From the IMG/VR virus record IMGVR_UViG_3300011444_000001, positions 1 to 51,884 of that record: a stretch of DNA of 51,884 nucleotides; one strand, 5' to 3'. The notes beneath the pieces were generated by a model. The model did no database searches. It was not told the DNA's origin and worked only from the letters and a program-made list of their open reading frames with translations. Shown here one piece after another: positions 1 to 9,359 of this stretch; the stretch's first letter is position 1, and every line of letters starts with the position of its first letter. The translations under genes and the position numbers were made by a program. Source of the stretch: a virus (lineage: Duplodnaviria > Caudoviricetes).

Positions 1-123
1 GCCGTTGACTTGGTCATGAATCTCGCCCAACGTCTTGTCAACGTGCGCTGAACGAAGAACCAGTTCAGCTTTCACATCACTCGCTTGTGTCTGCAGCTCG
101 GTTTTTACATCAGCTGCTTGTAA
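1..123. repeat. Terminal direct repeat, copy 1 (assembly overlap of a circular contig)
   Basis: 1-123 is identical to 51762-51884, and a reading frame runs straight through the join. Confidence 0.95.
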
Positions 124-273
124 ATCCAACTTACTCTGTACTACTTTCTTTGTTGAACGTGATGTTAGCCATTGCGCGAGAACAACAGCTATCGGTCCTA
201 ACACCAGCAATCCCGTGTTGACTACATCGGGCCAACCTCTTCCGATAATGGTATCCTGAAGCATTTCCAACAT
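1..273 (-). CDS. Putative holin / membrane protein spanning the contig junction (273 down to 1, then on to the stop at 51666)
   Basis: Manual translation MLEMLQDTIIGRGWPDVVNTGLLVLGPIAVVLAQWL... gives one TM segment plus a coiled coil; GGAG RBS; its stop overlaps the start of the endolysin gene. Confidence 0.6.
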   Translation of the reverse strand, partial: MLEMLQDTIIGRGWPDVVNTGLLVLGPIAVVLAQWLTSRSTKKVVQSKLDLQAADVKTELQTQASDVKAELVLRSAHVDKTLGEIHDQVNG

Positions 274-298
274 TCTTTGCTCCTGTTAAAAGTTGGCC

Positions 299-751
299 CT
301 ACGCTTTTACAGCTACAGCTTCGGGTTCCACTTTCGCTCGCTCTTCGCGAGGTGCCTTATCCAGCCAATCATCGAACATGATGGCGGCGCGCCGTGCGTA
401 CGCTCCAGTCCATCGAATGCTTTTGAGCACTTTCATCACGAGATCAAACTCGGCGTCTTCAAGTGCCACGAAATGTACCACAAGACCACCAGCGAGATCG
501 AATAGGTCTTGGTTGTTCCGTTTGACTGAAGTTCCGATCTTCTCAAGTTTATCGAAAACCCTTGAGACGGTTCGGTTTTCGTTCGGTCCCTCATATCCGG
601 TGGGATTATTGAAGAGGGAGTCATAGACCATCTCGTACGTCGTTGAGGGTTCCCTGAGCCCACCTTCGGCATCGAAATACAGGTAGCGCATAGATTTTTC
701 CTTATGAGTTTTGAGGTAACCAGGGTACTTCGCTTCTCGCCTAACCTTCAT
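299..751 (-). CDS. Hypothetical protein, possible tail fibre chaperone
   Basis: ATGA overlap with the tail fibre stop; function inferred from position only. Confidence 0.5.
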   Translation of the reverse strand: MKVRREAKYPGYLKTHKEKSMRYLYFDAEGGLREPSTTYEMVYDSLFNNPTGYEGPNENRTVSRVFDKLEKIGTSVKRNNQDLFDLAGGLVVHFVALEDAEFDLVMKVLKSIRWTGAYARRAAIMFDDWLDKAPREERAKVEPEAVAVKA

Positions 752-2148
752 GAAAGCGGCCCTACTGTTACGCCATTGACTCTGACGAACAGCCCTGCGG
801 TTGTGGTCCAGATGTCTCCATTTACCGGAGCACTTGGAGCAGTGCCGTGTGGCAAGTTAAGGCCTGCTGCAGCGGCTACGGATGCTGCAGTGAGGACAGG
901 TACAGCGGCTGTAATAAGCGTCGGGGAAATAGTAAACTTGGTGGCCGCCGCTTGCAAAGTGGAACTTGCCCCTGCCGGTGTACTACTCTGGAATATGAAG
1001 CTTCCAGCTGTTCCAGAACCAGTCGCACGTGAAGCGATGAATGTCCAGTTGGCACCGTTGACGTTGGCACCAACTGCGTTGGTCGTTCTAAATGTCAATG
1101 CTTGTGGAGCAGCATCGGTGTCAGAATTAAACCTAAACTGATTGATTGCGCTACCCTGGCCAACGATACCACCAACTACGAACTCGTTAGCTTGGATAGA
1201 CGTTGCGTGTCTTCCAAGACCAATCACTTTTGTATGACTGATCAGTGTATCACTGCCTAGCACAATACTCCAAGCAGAGCCGGTGCTAATAGTCTGAGTT
1301 CTCCCGATAGCGATTACCTCACCGCTATTATCTATCGAGATAGCTGACCCTATTTGGATAGTAGCACTGCCGTCAGAGGTCTTTGCTAGACTTTCGCCGA
1401 TTTGAATGTTTCTGCTCTGTGTAGATAGATTGAAGCCCAACGTCAGTGTCGAGCCAATCTGAATTGTATTTATTGCTGCGTCTACTGTGCAAGCAGTTCC
1501 TATCGCTATGACGTTAGACGTACCAGTGAAATGTCCACCGATACTGTTAGATGAACCGATGCAGTAAATAGCACCAGCGTGTGCTGCTCCTAATGTGTTA
1601 CTATCTCCTATGAAAATGTTGTTATTTGAGTCATTAGCAGATGCAGTGAACGCAATTTTGCCGATGTAGATACCACCAGTAAGAGAACCATTACCAGTGC
1701 TACCCAAGTTAACTGTCGGCGCAATCGCAATAACTCTGTTTGCGTTGCCGGTACCGGCAGCAGATATAGTAAAGCTACCGCCAATCGCAACCACACCAAC
1801 AGCTTGAGTTGGTGTAATTAAGTCACCGATAACGATGCCGACAGCAGTTGTATAACCAACTTGCTTGGCCCAACCAGTGTTACCTACGCCAGTACGCTTG
1901 ACCCACAGAGGACTGCTATTGGCAGCAGCGTCCGTCTGTCCGTAGGTGCCGCCAACAGTGGCAGACACCACACCTTCTGGAGAGCCTACACCAGAATGAC
2001 TGTTGATTCCTGTGAAGCTGTCAGCTGGCCCGAAGCCCAACACCGATAGGACAAACTTCAGAGGACGATTGGCAACATCGTCGAAACCGAGGGGAGAGTT
2101 CTCTCCTACAACTCGCTCATCAGCTTGTATCCAAGGGACCGCGGCCAT
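748..2148 (-). CDS. Tail fibre / receptor-binding protein with YadA-head-like beta-roll repeats
   Basis: Repeated xIxIG motifs (NIFIG, VIAIG, TIQIG, NIQIG, SIVLG); G/S/T-rich; C-terminal APSAPVNGDIW motif. Confidence 0.8.
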   Translation of the reverse strand: MAAVPWIQADERVVGENSPLGFDDVANRPLKFVLSVLGFGPADSFTGINSHSGVGSPEGVVSATVGGTYGQTDAAANSSPLWVKRTGVGNTGWAKQVGYTTAVGIVIGDLITPTQAVGVVAIGGSFTISAAGTGNANRVIAIAPTVNLGSTGNGSLTGGIYIGKIAFTASANDSNNNIFIGDSNTLGAAHAGAIYCIGSSNSIGGHFTGTSNVIAIGTACTVDAAINTIQIGSTLTLGFNLSTQSRNIQIGESLAKTSDGSATIQIGSAISIDNSGEVIAIGRTQTISTGSAWSIVLGSDTLISHTKVIGLGRHATSIQANEFVVGGIVGQGSAINQFRFNSDTDAAPQALTFRTTNAVGANVNGANWTFIASRATGSGTAGSFIFQSSTPAGASSTLQAAATKFTISPTLITAAVPVLTAASVAAAAGLNLPHGTAPSAPVNGDIWTTTAGLFVRVNGVTVGPLS

Positions 2149-2313
2149 TTATGCCACCTGTGAGTCGTGTGTGATGATACCGTCGTAGTACCAGGTACCG
2201 TCGTAAAACACGCCTACAACAGCAGAAGTCTCACCGCAGCAGGTCACGTCTCCTGCTACGATTTGCAGTGCTTGCATATCATCCGTAACTTCTAGCGGAG
2301 TGCAACTCGGCAT
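2149..2313 (-). CDS. Small tail-associated protein (54 aa)
   Basis: Manual translation MPSCTPLEV...FYDGTWYYDGIITHDSQVA; fills the gap between its neighbours exactly. Confidence 0.6.
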   Translation of the reverse strand: MPSCTPLEVTDDMQALQIVAGDVTCCGETSAVVGVFYDGTWYYDGIITHDSQVA

Positions 2314-2960
2314 TACGGATAGCTCGGTAGAATGACCTCAAGTCCAGCACGAGGATTGTTGACTTCTTCCTTCGCCTCGGTCGGAACTTGAGTGTTAATC
2401 AGACGCTCCTGGAGCTTGACAGCGCTCGCAGCGCGCTGGTGGTCACCGATGTCAATGAATTCTCTCCAGAGAGCACCGAGGAGGATCAGCTCATGCCAGC
2501 TCTGGGGAATGTTAGGATTCTGTGTATTCGACAGGTCAGCTAGTGTCGTCCAGTACCGCATCGTAATGGTGTATGCGGCATCGGGTGTTGGAAACAGCAA
2601 CATCTGACAACCCTCACGCACGTAGTGCGTAGGAAAAGTCCGCTTGTCTGAAGTCTCGTCATATTCCTGCTCATACCGATCCTCCGCCATCTGGTCGAGC
2701 GGAACGTGCAGCTCGCTTGCTGGATTCAAGATTGCGAGATGCCGTAATGCTTCGAACGGAGTTGGTGCGCTGTACGATCGTATGCCAGCGACCGTGGGGA
2801 AGGTTACACGCACTTCTTTCTCACGGAATGGAAACTTGTCGATCAGCTCCCAGTATGAGATATTCAGCTGCAAAGTCGCATCGACATCGGACAGATCATC
2901 AGAATCCTGTCCTGTCGCCTTACGAAGCTTCGCAATCATCTGTGCAACATTGAGTCCCAT
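2313..2960 (-). CDS. Head-tail adaptor / tail tubular protein A-like
   Basis: TVAGIRSY, LFPTPDAAYTI and IPQSWHELILLGA motifs typical of podovirus adaptors; located downstream of the capsid genes. Confidence 0.7.
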   Translation of the reverse strand: MGLNVAQMIAKLRKATGQDSDDLSDVDATLQLNISYWELIDKFPFREKEVRVTFPTVAGIRSYSAPTPFEALRHLAILNPASELHVPLDQMAEDRYEQEYDETSDKRTFPTHYVREGCQMLLFPTPDAAYTITMRYWTTLADLSNTQNPNIPQSWHELILLGALWREFIDIGDHQRAASAVKLQERLINTQVPTEAKEEVNNPRAGLEVILPSYP

Positions 2961-2961
2961 A

Positions 2962-3276
2962 TTACTCTACCTTCCCATTCAAGGGATAGGCGAATACGCT
3001 AACGTATGACTCACGTCCAGAGTGAGTAATTTCAGCGGAGATGACGCATGGACCTTGGAGAAACATTCTATCGTCTCCCAATGGAATCTCCGCTACGCTT
3101 GGAAATGACGCCTCCCCATGTTCCACTTCGACTCGCTTGTAGATGGTGAGTGAGATTCGAGATTCCTTACGGTTCTCAACCTCAACCCTCCAATTACCAG
3201 CACCGAGTGGAACGTGGGGAAACGGCTTGCCGCGAGTGAATGCTGGCCTTGCGCCTACAATCAAGGACTGCCGCAT
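2962..3276 (-). CDS. Hypothetical virion-module protein
   Basis: Tightly packed ORF with GGAG RBS. Confidence 0.55.
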   Translation of the reverse strand: MRQSLIVGARPAFTRGKPFPHVPLGAGNWRVEVENRKESRISLTIYKRVEVEHGEASFPSVAEIPLGDDRMFLQGPCVISAEITHSGRESYVSVFAYPLNGKVE

Positions 3277-3293
3277 AAGGAACTCCTGTTGTG

Positions 3294-3806
3294 CTAGGCG
3301 AGCGAAACGAGAACGCGAAGCGGCAGCGCACCAGCGCCAACCGTATCGAGTGCGTTCCCGAGGATCTTGCCGGTGATACCAGCCACAAGATCGGTCGTGT
3401 CAGTGCCTGCGAGAACACGGCCTGCTGTGGTTGTGTCCGGGCGAACCTTGTCGCCCCGGTTGATGGCTGCCTGCGAGACTCCCCAGGCAATACCGCTGTA
3501 ACAGACAAGCACCTGCTCACCGATGGCAGCGGCTGCGGTACCCACCATCTCCGAGCCTGTGAGCACCTTCATACCCGTCCTGGTTCCACCGACCACGAAA
3601 CCAACACGTCGGATGTGTTGCGCGTCGGTGGTCAGCTTGGTAACTTCGTCCGCGGTAGCTGCAGTCTGAATGACTGCGTCACCGATGTTGAGTGCCACCG
3701 TTGCCTTAGCAGCGAGGGCCAGTCCGCCAGTCAGGTTGTTCGAGAGGTCACCCTCCGATCCCGAGCCGACGATGTATCCTTCGTGGGTAGGTCCCTGTTC
3801 CCTCAT
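3294..3806 (-). CDS. Capsid decoration / cement protein (DUF2190-like)
   Basis: A/G/T-rich; AINRGDKV and ILGNALD motifs; directly follows the MCP. Confidence 0.65.
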   Translation of the reverse strand: MREQGPTHEGYIVGSGSEGDLSNNLTGGLALAAKATVALNIGDAVIQTAATADEVTKLTTDAQHIRRVGFVVGGTRTGMKVLTGSEMVGTAAAAIGEQVLVCYSGIAWGVSQAAINRGDKVRPDTTTAGRVLAGTDTTDLVAGITGKILGNALDTVGAGALPLRVLVSLA

Positions 3807-3836
3807 ATTACCCTCCTAGTTAGTGTGATAGGAGGG

Positions 3837-4745
3837 TTACGAGGGGTTGACGCCGACCCAGCCCTTCCAATCTACGAACCAGATCAGAAAGCGGGTGGTG
3901 GCCTTGTAGAGCGCGGCGTCGGTGTTGAAGTCGAAGTCGTCATCGAACTCGATTGCCCGGCGCGTCACGTAGTGAGCGTCGTTGTACCGAGAGTCGATGA
4001 AGAAGTACGACTTCAGGGAAGTCTTGAAGTGCGAGACCTCGATCTGCACCTTCATGTTCGCCTTGATGGCGTTGTCCTGATTGTCCGCGGTGAACGGCTC
4101 CTTCTGGCTGTTGAAGATTTGCCAGGCCTTGTTGATGTCCGAGGAGCTGTTACCGAGTACCAGCTTGTCCGGCCACATCTTGACCGGATCGCCGTTCTCG
4201 TCCTTGAGCAGACGGAACAGGTCCTGAACCGCGGTGACGCCGGTGATCGAGAGTCCAACCGGGGTCGTCGGAGTGTTCGCCACGGTAGTTCCGCTGTTAA
4301 TCAGCGTGTGCGCCGTGTGGCACAGCGCGAGGCCATCGATGCCCTTGAAGACAGCGCCAGTGAAAGCGTCATCCAGAAGAGCGGCCGAACGGTACTCGGA
4401 GGTCATGCGACCAGCGTGAGCCAGCCACTTCGCAGCCTGGTTCGCCTTACCGTACTGGTCGTCCTCGACGGTACGCCGAGTGATCATGAACCCGAGCGCG
4501 AACTCCTTGTCCACGCCCATCACCTTCGGACCGATGACCGCGTCCTCGTAGGTGACCGGCTCGCCATCACCACGCTCCAGAAGCCGCGAAGGCCCTGTCA
4601 TGATGGTGGCTGACTGCTCCGGCATGGTGGTCGTCTCGACCTTCAGATAGATCGGGTATTCCGGCGCGTACTGATCGTACTCGTCACGGAAGTCGGGACG
4701 AAGCCCAGGCCTGAACAGCAGGTTGAATGCGCCTTGGGTGACCAC
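3837..4745 (-). CDS. Major capsid protein (HK97 fold)
   Basis: 302 aa; FALGFMITRRTVEDDQY, DGLALCHTAH and DFNTDAALYKATTRF...DWKG motifs; strong codon bias. Confidence 0.9.
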   Translation of the reverse strand: MVTQGAFNLLFRPGLRPDFRDEYDQYAPEYPIYLKVETTTMPEQSATIMTGPSRLLERGDGEPVTYEDAVIGPKVMGVDKEFALGFMITRRTVEDDQYGKANQAAKWLAHAGRMTSEYRSAALLDDAFTGAVFKGIDGLALCHTAHTLINSGTTVANTPTTPVGLSITGVTAVQDLFRLLKDENGDPVKMWPDKLVLGNSSSDINKAWQIFNSQKEPFTADNQDNAIKANMKVQIEVSHFKTSLKSYFFIDSRYNDAHYVTRRAIEFDDDFDFNTDAALYKATTRFLIWFVDWKGWVGVNPS

Positions 4746-4762
4746 AGTTTTGTTACTCCTGT

Positions 4763-4787
4763 CTTGAATTTACTCGCTAAAGATGAG
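4763..4787. promoter_or_regulatory. 25-bp dyad motif, copy upstream of the MCP gene
   Basis: CTTGAA TTTAC TCG CTAAA GATGAG. Confidence 0.75.
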
Positions 4788-4798
4788 CGAGCGAAGTG

Positions 4799-5287
4799 TT
4801 ACGGGAGCGAAAGCACCGCCTCCAAGAACTTCGCGAAGAAGATCTTGTTGTCGATGTCGATGTCTACGACCTCGAAAACGAGGGCCGTGACTTCGGCCTG
4901 GTCGAGAACCCAGTCCTCACCGACCTTGGCAACGCCGTACTTCTCGTCGATCATCGTCTGTGTCGGCGTGAGTGGGTCGGTGCCACCGTTGATGCCGCGC
5001 ATCGACCAGGTAGTGATACGATCCGCCATGCCCACCGAGACTTCCTGCACCCGACCTGTGACCTGTGACGGCGAGTTCGCCGCGTCCCAGCCTGGCTTGG
5101 AAGCTGCAGCTTCGAGTGCGACGCCAGTAACCAAGGCTGGATCGGCTCCGCACTCCGAGACGGTTCCTGCTGCGACGTAGACGACAAGCGCACCCTTCTT
5201 GAACGTCTGTCCTGTCGTATAGACGATTGACAAGACGGAAGGCGCATGTGGCCCGATCATTCGCGCGGGCTGAATCTTGCGACCCAT
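4799..5287 (-). CDS. Capsid decoration / minor head protein
   Basis: FKKGALV...VTGVALEAA pattern; immediately upstream of the MCP. Confidence 0.65.
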   Translation of the reverse strand: MGRKIQPARMIGPHAPSVLSIVYTTGQTFKKGALVVYVAAGTVSECGADPALVTGVALEAAASKPGWDAANSPSQVTGRVQEVSVGMADRITTWSMRGINGGTDPLTPTQTMIDEKYGVAKVGEDWVLDQAEVTALVFEVVDIDIDNKIFFAKFLEAVLSLP

Positions 5288-5323
5288 AGAAGTTTATCTC
5301 CCTTTCCGAGAGACGATGTGGGA

Positions 5324-5908
5324 CTACTTGATGACTCGCGTTGACGCTGGGACTTGCACCTGTCCCGACTGCGTCGCCTTGAGTGCTGTCTCCAGCTCCT
5401 GCTTGCGTGCTGACTTAGCTCTCGATTCCTCGATCGTCGGCATTCCGATGGTTCGGCTCATCCCTGCGAATTCCTTCTCCTCACTCTGGAGACGAGCAGT
5501 CTGACCAGGCTTGCCGTTCGCTGCCTCGAAGTTTTCCCGCCTAATCTCTTCGAGGAGGATATGATCCTCGACATCTTGCGTCATGAAAACGCAGTCGCCT
5601 ACGATGGAACGTCCATCCCCCACATCATGGAGGGAGCGCTTGGTTGCGTACTCGGAGTCGATGAAGAAGCCGAGCATCTCCTTTTCGTAGATCGACTGCT
5701 TGTCGTTGGGAACCCACTCGCCCCACAACGTGGGAGGAAGGTCCACCTGCAACCGATCTGCGATCATGCCTCGTTCAAGGACCCGACTGAAGCGAGCCTT
5801 GCGTTTGGCTCGAAGCTTCTTGTACTCCTCCGGGTCCTTCTCGAGAGCCTCAGTGAGAGACATCTCGCGGCCAGTGGCCGTATCGATGACTTCGCGTTGT
5901 TCGCTCAT
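5324..5908 (-). CDS. Hypothetical head-module protein
   Basis: Coupled to the scaffold gene by an ATGA overlap. Confidence 0.6.
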   Translation of the reverse strand: MSEQREVIDTATGREMSLTEALEKDPEEYKKLRAKRKARFSRVLERGMIADRLQVDLPPTLWGEWVPNDKQSIYEKEMLGFFIDSEYATKRSLHDVGDGRSIVGDCVFMTQDVEDHILLEEIRRENFEAANGKPGQTARLQSEEKEFAGMSRTIGMPTIEESRAKSARKQELETALKATQSGQVQVPASTRVIK

Positions 5909-6804
5909 GATGTCGGCCTCCCGATCTTGCTATGCACCACCTGATCGGGTGGAACCTCGATCCAGGCCAGGAACTGCTCCGGTGTCTGACCGCGCTCACG
6001 CGCGAGACGCGCTTCATTCTCAGTGAGCGCACGAGCCTCTGGCTTCTGTTCCCGCTCATGGCCGGGAATGACCGGAGCGCTTGGCCGAAGATGAGGGGGT
6101 GCCGTCATATCGATCCTTGCCGCCGGAGTAAGTGGAGTTGGAGGCGCGGGTGGCGCACCACTCGGCTGAGGTGAGGTCGGCCCCAGGAGTCCCCGATGAT
6201 ACGCTCCCGTCGCCGCCAGCGCCGCCACGTTGAGCAACTGGTCGTTCACTTCATTGCCAGACTGTGCTGCCGCTGTAATGAAACGGTCTACCTCGGGCTC
6301 GATGGTCGGCCAGAGGTCACCGTATTCGGTCTTGAGTCTACCCTTCGCACGATCGTAAGCCGTCTCGACACGCTGACCAGAAATATACTGGTTAATCGGA
6401 TCGACCGTCTTCTTGAGTTCCGTTTGGATCAAGTTGGTCATCAGGCCGATCGGGTCCTTCCAGAATGCCTGGTTCTGATCGTCGCGAGATGGTCCGGGCG
6501 ATTCGATTGCCGCAACTCGACCCTCGATTCCACGTTGGCTCTGCTGAAGTCTCGTTATGACCTGTTGCTGATCCCGAAGGACAGCTTCCTGCGCTGCGAT
6601 CAGCTGTTGCTCTCTCGTCGGACCCGTAGGTACAACAGGAGGTGCTACACTTGCTCCCGGTTGCGGTGCCGCTGCGCCCTCAGTAGCTGGGGTAGCGGGC
6701 TGGCTCGTCGGCTGGGTTGAGACCGGCGTCGATGCCGCTCTGGGAATTGGCGTCCCCTGGGGTCCAGGTTGGCCTGATGGTACCGGCTGCACTGGTGCTG
6801 CCAT
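5905..6804 (-). CDS. Scaffolding protein
   Basis: P/Q/A-rich disordered N-terminus, coiled coil and C-terminal LTENEARLARERGQTPEQF; lies between portal and MCP. Confidence 0.7.
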   Translation of the reverse strand: MAAPVQPVPSGQPGPQGTPIPRAASTPVSTQPTSQPATPATEGAAAPQPGASVAPPVVPTGPTREQQLIAAQEAVLRDQQQVITRLQQSQRGIEGRVAAIESPGPSRDDQNQAFWKDPIGLMTNLIQTELKKTVDPINQYISGQRVETAYDRAKGRLKTEYGDLWPTIEPEVDRFITAAAQSGNEVNDQLLNVAALAATGAYHRGLLGPTSPQPSGAPPAPPTPLTPAARIDMTAPPHLRPSAPVIPGHEREQKPEARALTENEARLARERGQTPEQFLAWIEVPPDQVVHSKIGRPTS

Positions 6805-7048
6805 GAGTTCCGCTCCTCTCGCTTAAGTTACTAATGACTTCAAAGCCTAAACGTATCCCGACTAGTTTACCACGACGCTCAAACGCCTCCTCGGGCACCT
6901 TGAAGCCTTCCAGCTCCACCATTGCCGTTTCCACCAAGCGTCTGAACAAGAGCAGCAAGCTGGTCCATTCCTTGTGCTTGACCAGCTCCTTGAGGTCCTG
7001 CACCTGCTCCGGGTCCAAGCTGGAGAGGATTGCCTCTGCCGCTGACAT
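6680..7048 (-). CDS. Small helical protein following the portal
   Basis: GGAGG RBS before the ATG at 7048; usual position of a portal-adjacent small gene. Confidence 0.55.
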   Translation of the reverse strand: MSAAEAILSSLDPEQVQDLKELVKHKEWTSLLLLFRRLVETAMVELEGFKVPEEAFERRGKLVGIRLGFEVISNLSERSGTHGSTSAAGTIRPTWTPGDANSQSGIDAGLNPADEPARYPSY

Positions 7049-8816
7049 TGGGACCTCCGCCTGCTGGCTGCTTTAGCAGCTCGCTTAGAACGATCCTATC
7101 GACATTACGAATGTCGAAGGATTCAAGGATCTGCTGCATCGCTTCAGTGCCCGCAACCAGACCCTTCTGAATGATGAAAGCAATCAACTCTTGCTGACCA
7201 CCGAGTTGGGCAAGCTGCAGCATCCCCATGTAATACTGTTGTAGAAGGGATGATACCTGAACCCAATTCTGACGGTCCAGAACTTTGTTCTGTTGCTGTC
7301 CTGCAGCGTTCAATTCGATCAACAGGCCATGTCGAATGTACTCGACAGGCATATCGAAAAAGGCTTGCACCATCTTCCCACCTTCAGCAACATCGAAGTA
7401 CTCGATTCGACGTGGACCGTACTGTTGTACGATACAAGCCGTGTCGATGATAAGTTCTTGTACGAACTCCTTGATGTTCTGGTAAGCGTAATCGAACTTC
7501 TTGGCACCTTCTTGAATACGCGCAAGATCTCCAGTTGCGGTCCCCGGAGTACCAGATTGTGGTTGGCCAAGAACCACATCATTGACCCCAGTTCGCTGCT
7601 GGGAATACATGAGAGTTGCTTGTTCGTTGTTGAATGCACTGTTATATACCTCCCCCAGCTGAACGGTATCGAGATGTGTCATGTCGTCAAGGAACCACAT
7701 CTTGCCAGGGAAGATCGGCTCTCCAGCTTTATACCCTGACAGTTTCGACACCTTGATCATTCGCATGTTCGCCAACGTCGCGTTGTCCAAACGCTGGCGA
7801 TGCTGCGTGGTGATTTCCTTCTGGAACTGTTCGTTCTGCTTACAAATCCCAATCCCATTCCAGCGGTGTTCGACTGGGAAGTAGACACCGACGCGGTACG
7901 GACGATGGAGATCGTCGTGCCAGTTGTACCGAGTTGACATCAGACATCTGGAGGGACGATGATAATGGAGGACGATTTCCTTCTCGTACTTTCCGCCGTC
8001 AACGTTGAATGAACACCATAGTTCGACCCAATCAATGAGATTCGGCCAAACTGCCTTGCGGCTCTCGAGTGCTTCTTGCCCCTGTGCAAACCTTCTCTCG
8101 ACGCCAGTTGCCGTTTGTGAAGACGTAGCAACCCATGCCTTGATCTTGTCGAAAGTCCCTGGCTTGAAGAGTCCACTCCGTTCAAGACACATGACTGTGT
8201 ACGGAGATTCTGCGTGCTCCTCTCCACACCAAGGGGCCGTCTGGGGATCGGTAGCCGAGAACGACATCAAAAATCGTCCGATAGCTACCGAGTCAACAAC
8301 AGCACCATCACGAACGATGACGGGATATTCCTGCTCCACACCGCCAACTGTTCGGATTGCTGTCTTGAGTATCTTCTCGTATCCAACTTTGCCGATCCCG
8401 GTTCCGAACTTTTCGATTTCCAAAACCGAAGAGTCGAGTTTCCGACGGAGCTTCATTTCCTTGAGGAGTTCGTGATCCAAGAAGCGCTCCACAGGGCGCG
8501 CGTAATCTTCCCAGGAATCGGAGCGTGCTGTCGCTGAAACCACCTGGTTTAACGCGAACAAGGTAGTCATAGTCCGCGCATGGACAGCTTCCACTGCGAC
8601 AGCGGTTAGCGGGATCACTAGAGTCGAGGCCCCCGTAAACGGGAACGTCGCTCGCTTCGTCGTCGGTTCTGCCCAGTAATCCTTCTGCCAGGAGAGCAAC
8701 CTGTCCATCCATGTTCCACGCTCCATGTAATGATTCAAGAGTTCGGTCTCGATATATGAAACGAGACGTTCCTCCGTATCACTGTCAAGGACAAGTTCTC
8801 TCGGGTAACCAGGCAT
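6879..8816 (-). CDS. Portal protein
   Basis: 645 aa after the terminase; KFGTGIGKV, NGIGI and TATG motifs; Q/G-rich tail. Confidence 0.85.
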   Translation of the reverse strand: MPGYPRELVLDSDTEERLVSYIETELLNHYMERGTWMDRLLSWQKDYWAEPTTKRATFPFTGASTLVIPLTAVAVEAVHARTMTTLFALNQVVSATARSDSWEDYARPVERFLDHELLKEMKLRRKLDSSVLEIEKFGTGIGKVGYEKILKTAIRTVGGVEQEYPVIVRDGAVVDSVAIGRFLMSFSATDPQTAPWCGEEHAESPYTVMCLERSGLFKPGTFDKIKAWVATSSQTATGVERRFAQGQEALESRKAVWPNLIDWVELWCSFNVDGGKYEKEIVLHYHRPSRCLMSTRYNWHDDLHRPYRVGVYFPVEHRWNGIGICKQNEQFQKEITTQHRQRLDNATLANMRMIKVSKLSGYKAGEPIFPGKMWFLDDMTHLDTVQLGEVYNSAFNNEQATLMYSQQRTGVNDVVLGQPQSGTPGTATGDLARIQEGAKKFDYAYQNIKEFVQELIIDTACIVQQYGPRRIEYFDVAEGGKMVQAFFDMPVEYIRHGLLIELNAAGQQQNKVLDRQNWVQVSSLLQQYYMGMLQLAQLGGQQELIAFIIQKGLVAGTEAMQQILESFDIRNVDRIVLSELLKQPAGGGPNVSGRGNPLQLGPGAGAGPQGAGQAQGMDQLAALVQTLGGNGNGGAGRLQGARGGV

Positions 8817-9359
8817 TTAGAACACACTCCCGACGATAGCACACGATCCAGCACCAATCCCAACCATCTTTAGCTTGTAAAGAAGAGATGGCCGCTTTGG
8901 TGCTGGAAACGGTACGAAATCTATTTTTGGGACACTGTTCGCGGAGTCCATGTGAATCCCAGTTAAGATCCCCGGAATGAAGAACTTGGAAATCGCTACC
9001 TTACCACTGCGAATCGACAAGGAACCGACGAGTGCAGTGTCCCCAAACTTGAATCCACCAGAGTAATCGAGCACAGGCCACAGATCTGGCCGCTCTTCTG
9101 GTGTTGCGATGACGTTGATCGGCGCTGCCCCGACGATTGTGTTAGAAATCAGGATCGGAACAGTGTCGGTTGTATGCTTTTTCTTCTTCCAGTACGCCAC
9201 CGAGTCCGAATACCACTTCGGAAGCGTCTCAACTGTGTCGTATTTCGGCACAATCACCGGGATTTGCACTCTGTCCACAACTTTGCGTGGAAAAAACTCC
9301 CGAGCTAGGAGAACAGAGGTGATCGCGGTGACCAGAATCAAGACAAGTGCGCTCTTCAT
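8817..9359 (-). CDS. Membrane-anchored hypothetical protein (possibly spanin-like)
   Basis: Hydrophobic segments at both termini. Confidence 0.5.
   Translation of the reverse strand: MKSALVLILVTAITSVLLAREFFPRKVVDRVQIPVIVPKYDTVETLPKWYSDSVAYWKKKKHTTDTVPILISNTIVGAAPINVIATPEERPDLWPVLDYSGGFKFGDTALVGSLSIRSGKVAISKFFIPGILTGIHMDSANSVPKIDFVPFPAPKRPSLLYKLKMVGIGAGSCAIVGSVF
8863..8887. promoter_or_regulatory. 25-bp dyad motif, degenerate copy upstream of the portal start
   Basis: ACCATC TTTAG CTT GTAAA GAAGAG. Confidence 0.55.

Noticed and set aside
1-123. Biological terminal repeat
   Set aside because: It falls in the middle of the holin-like gene and has a k-mer-like length, so assembler overlap is the simpler explanation
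3291-4613. 440-aa plus-strand ORF and similar long antisense ORFs (26729-27532, 29023-29994, 33127-34065)
   Set aside because: They are shadow frames of codon-biased genes on the other strand and show no motifs
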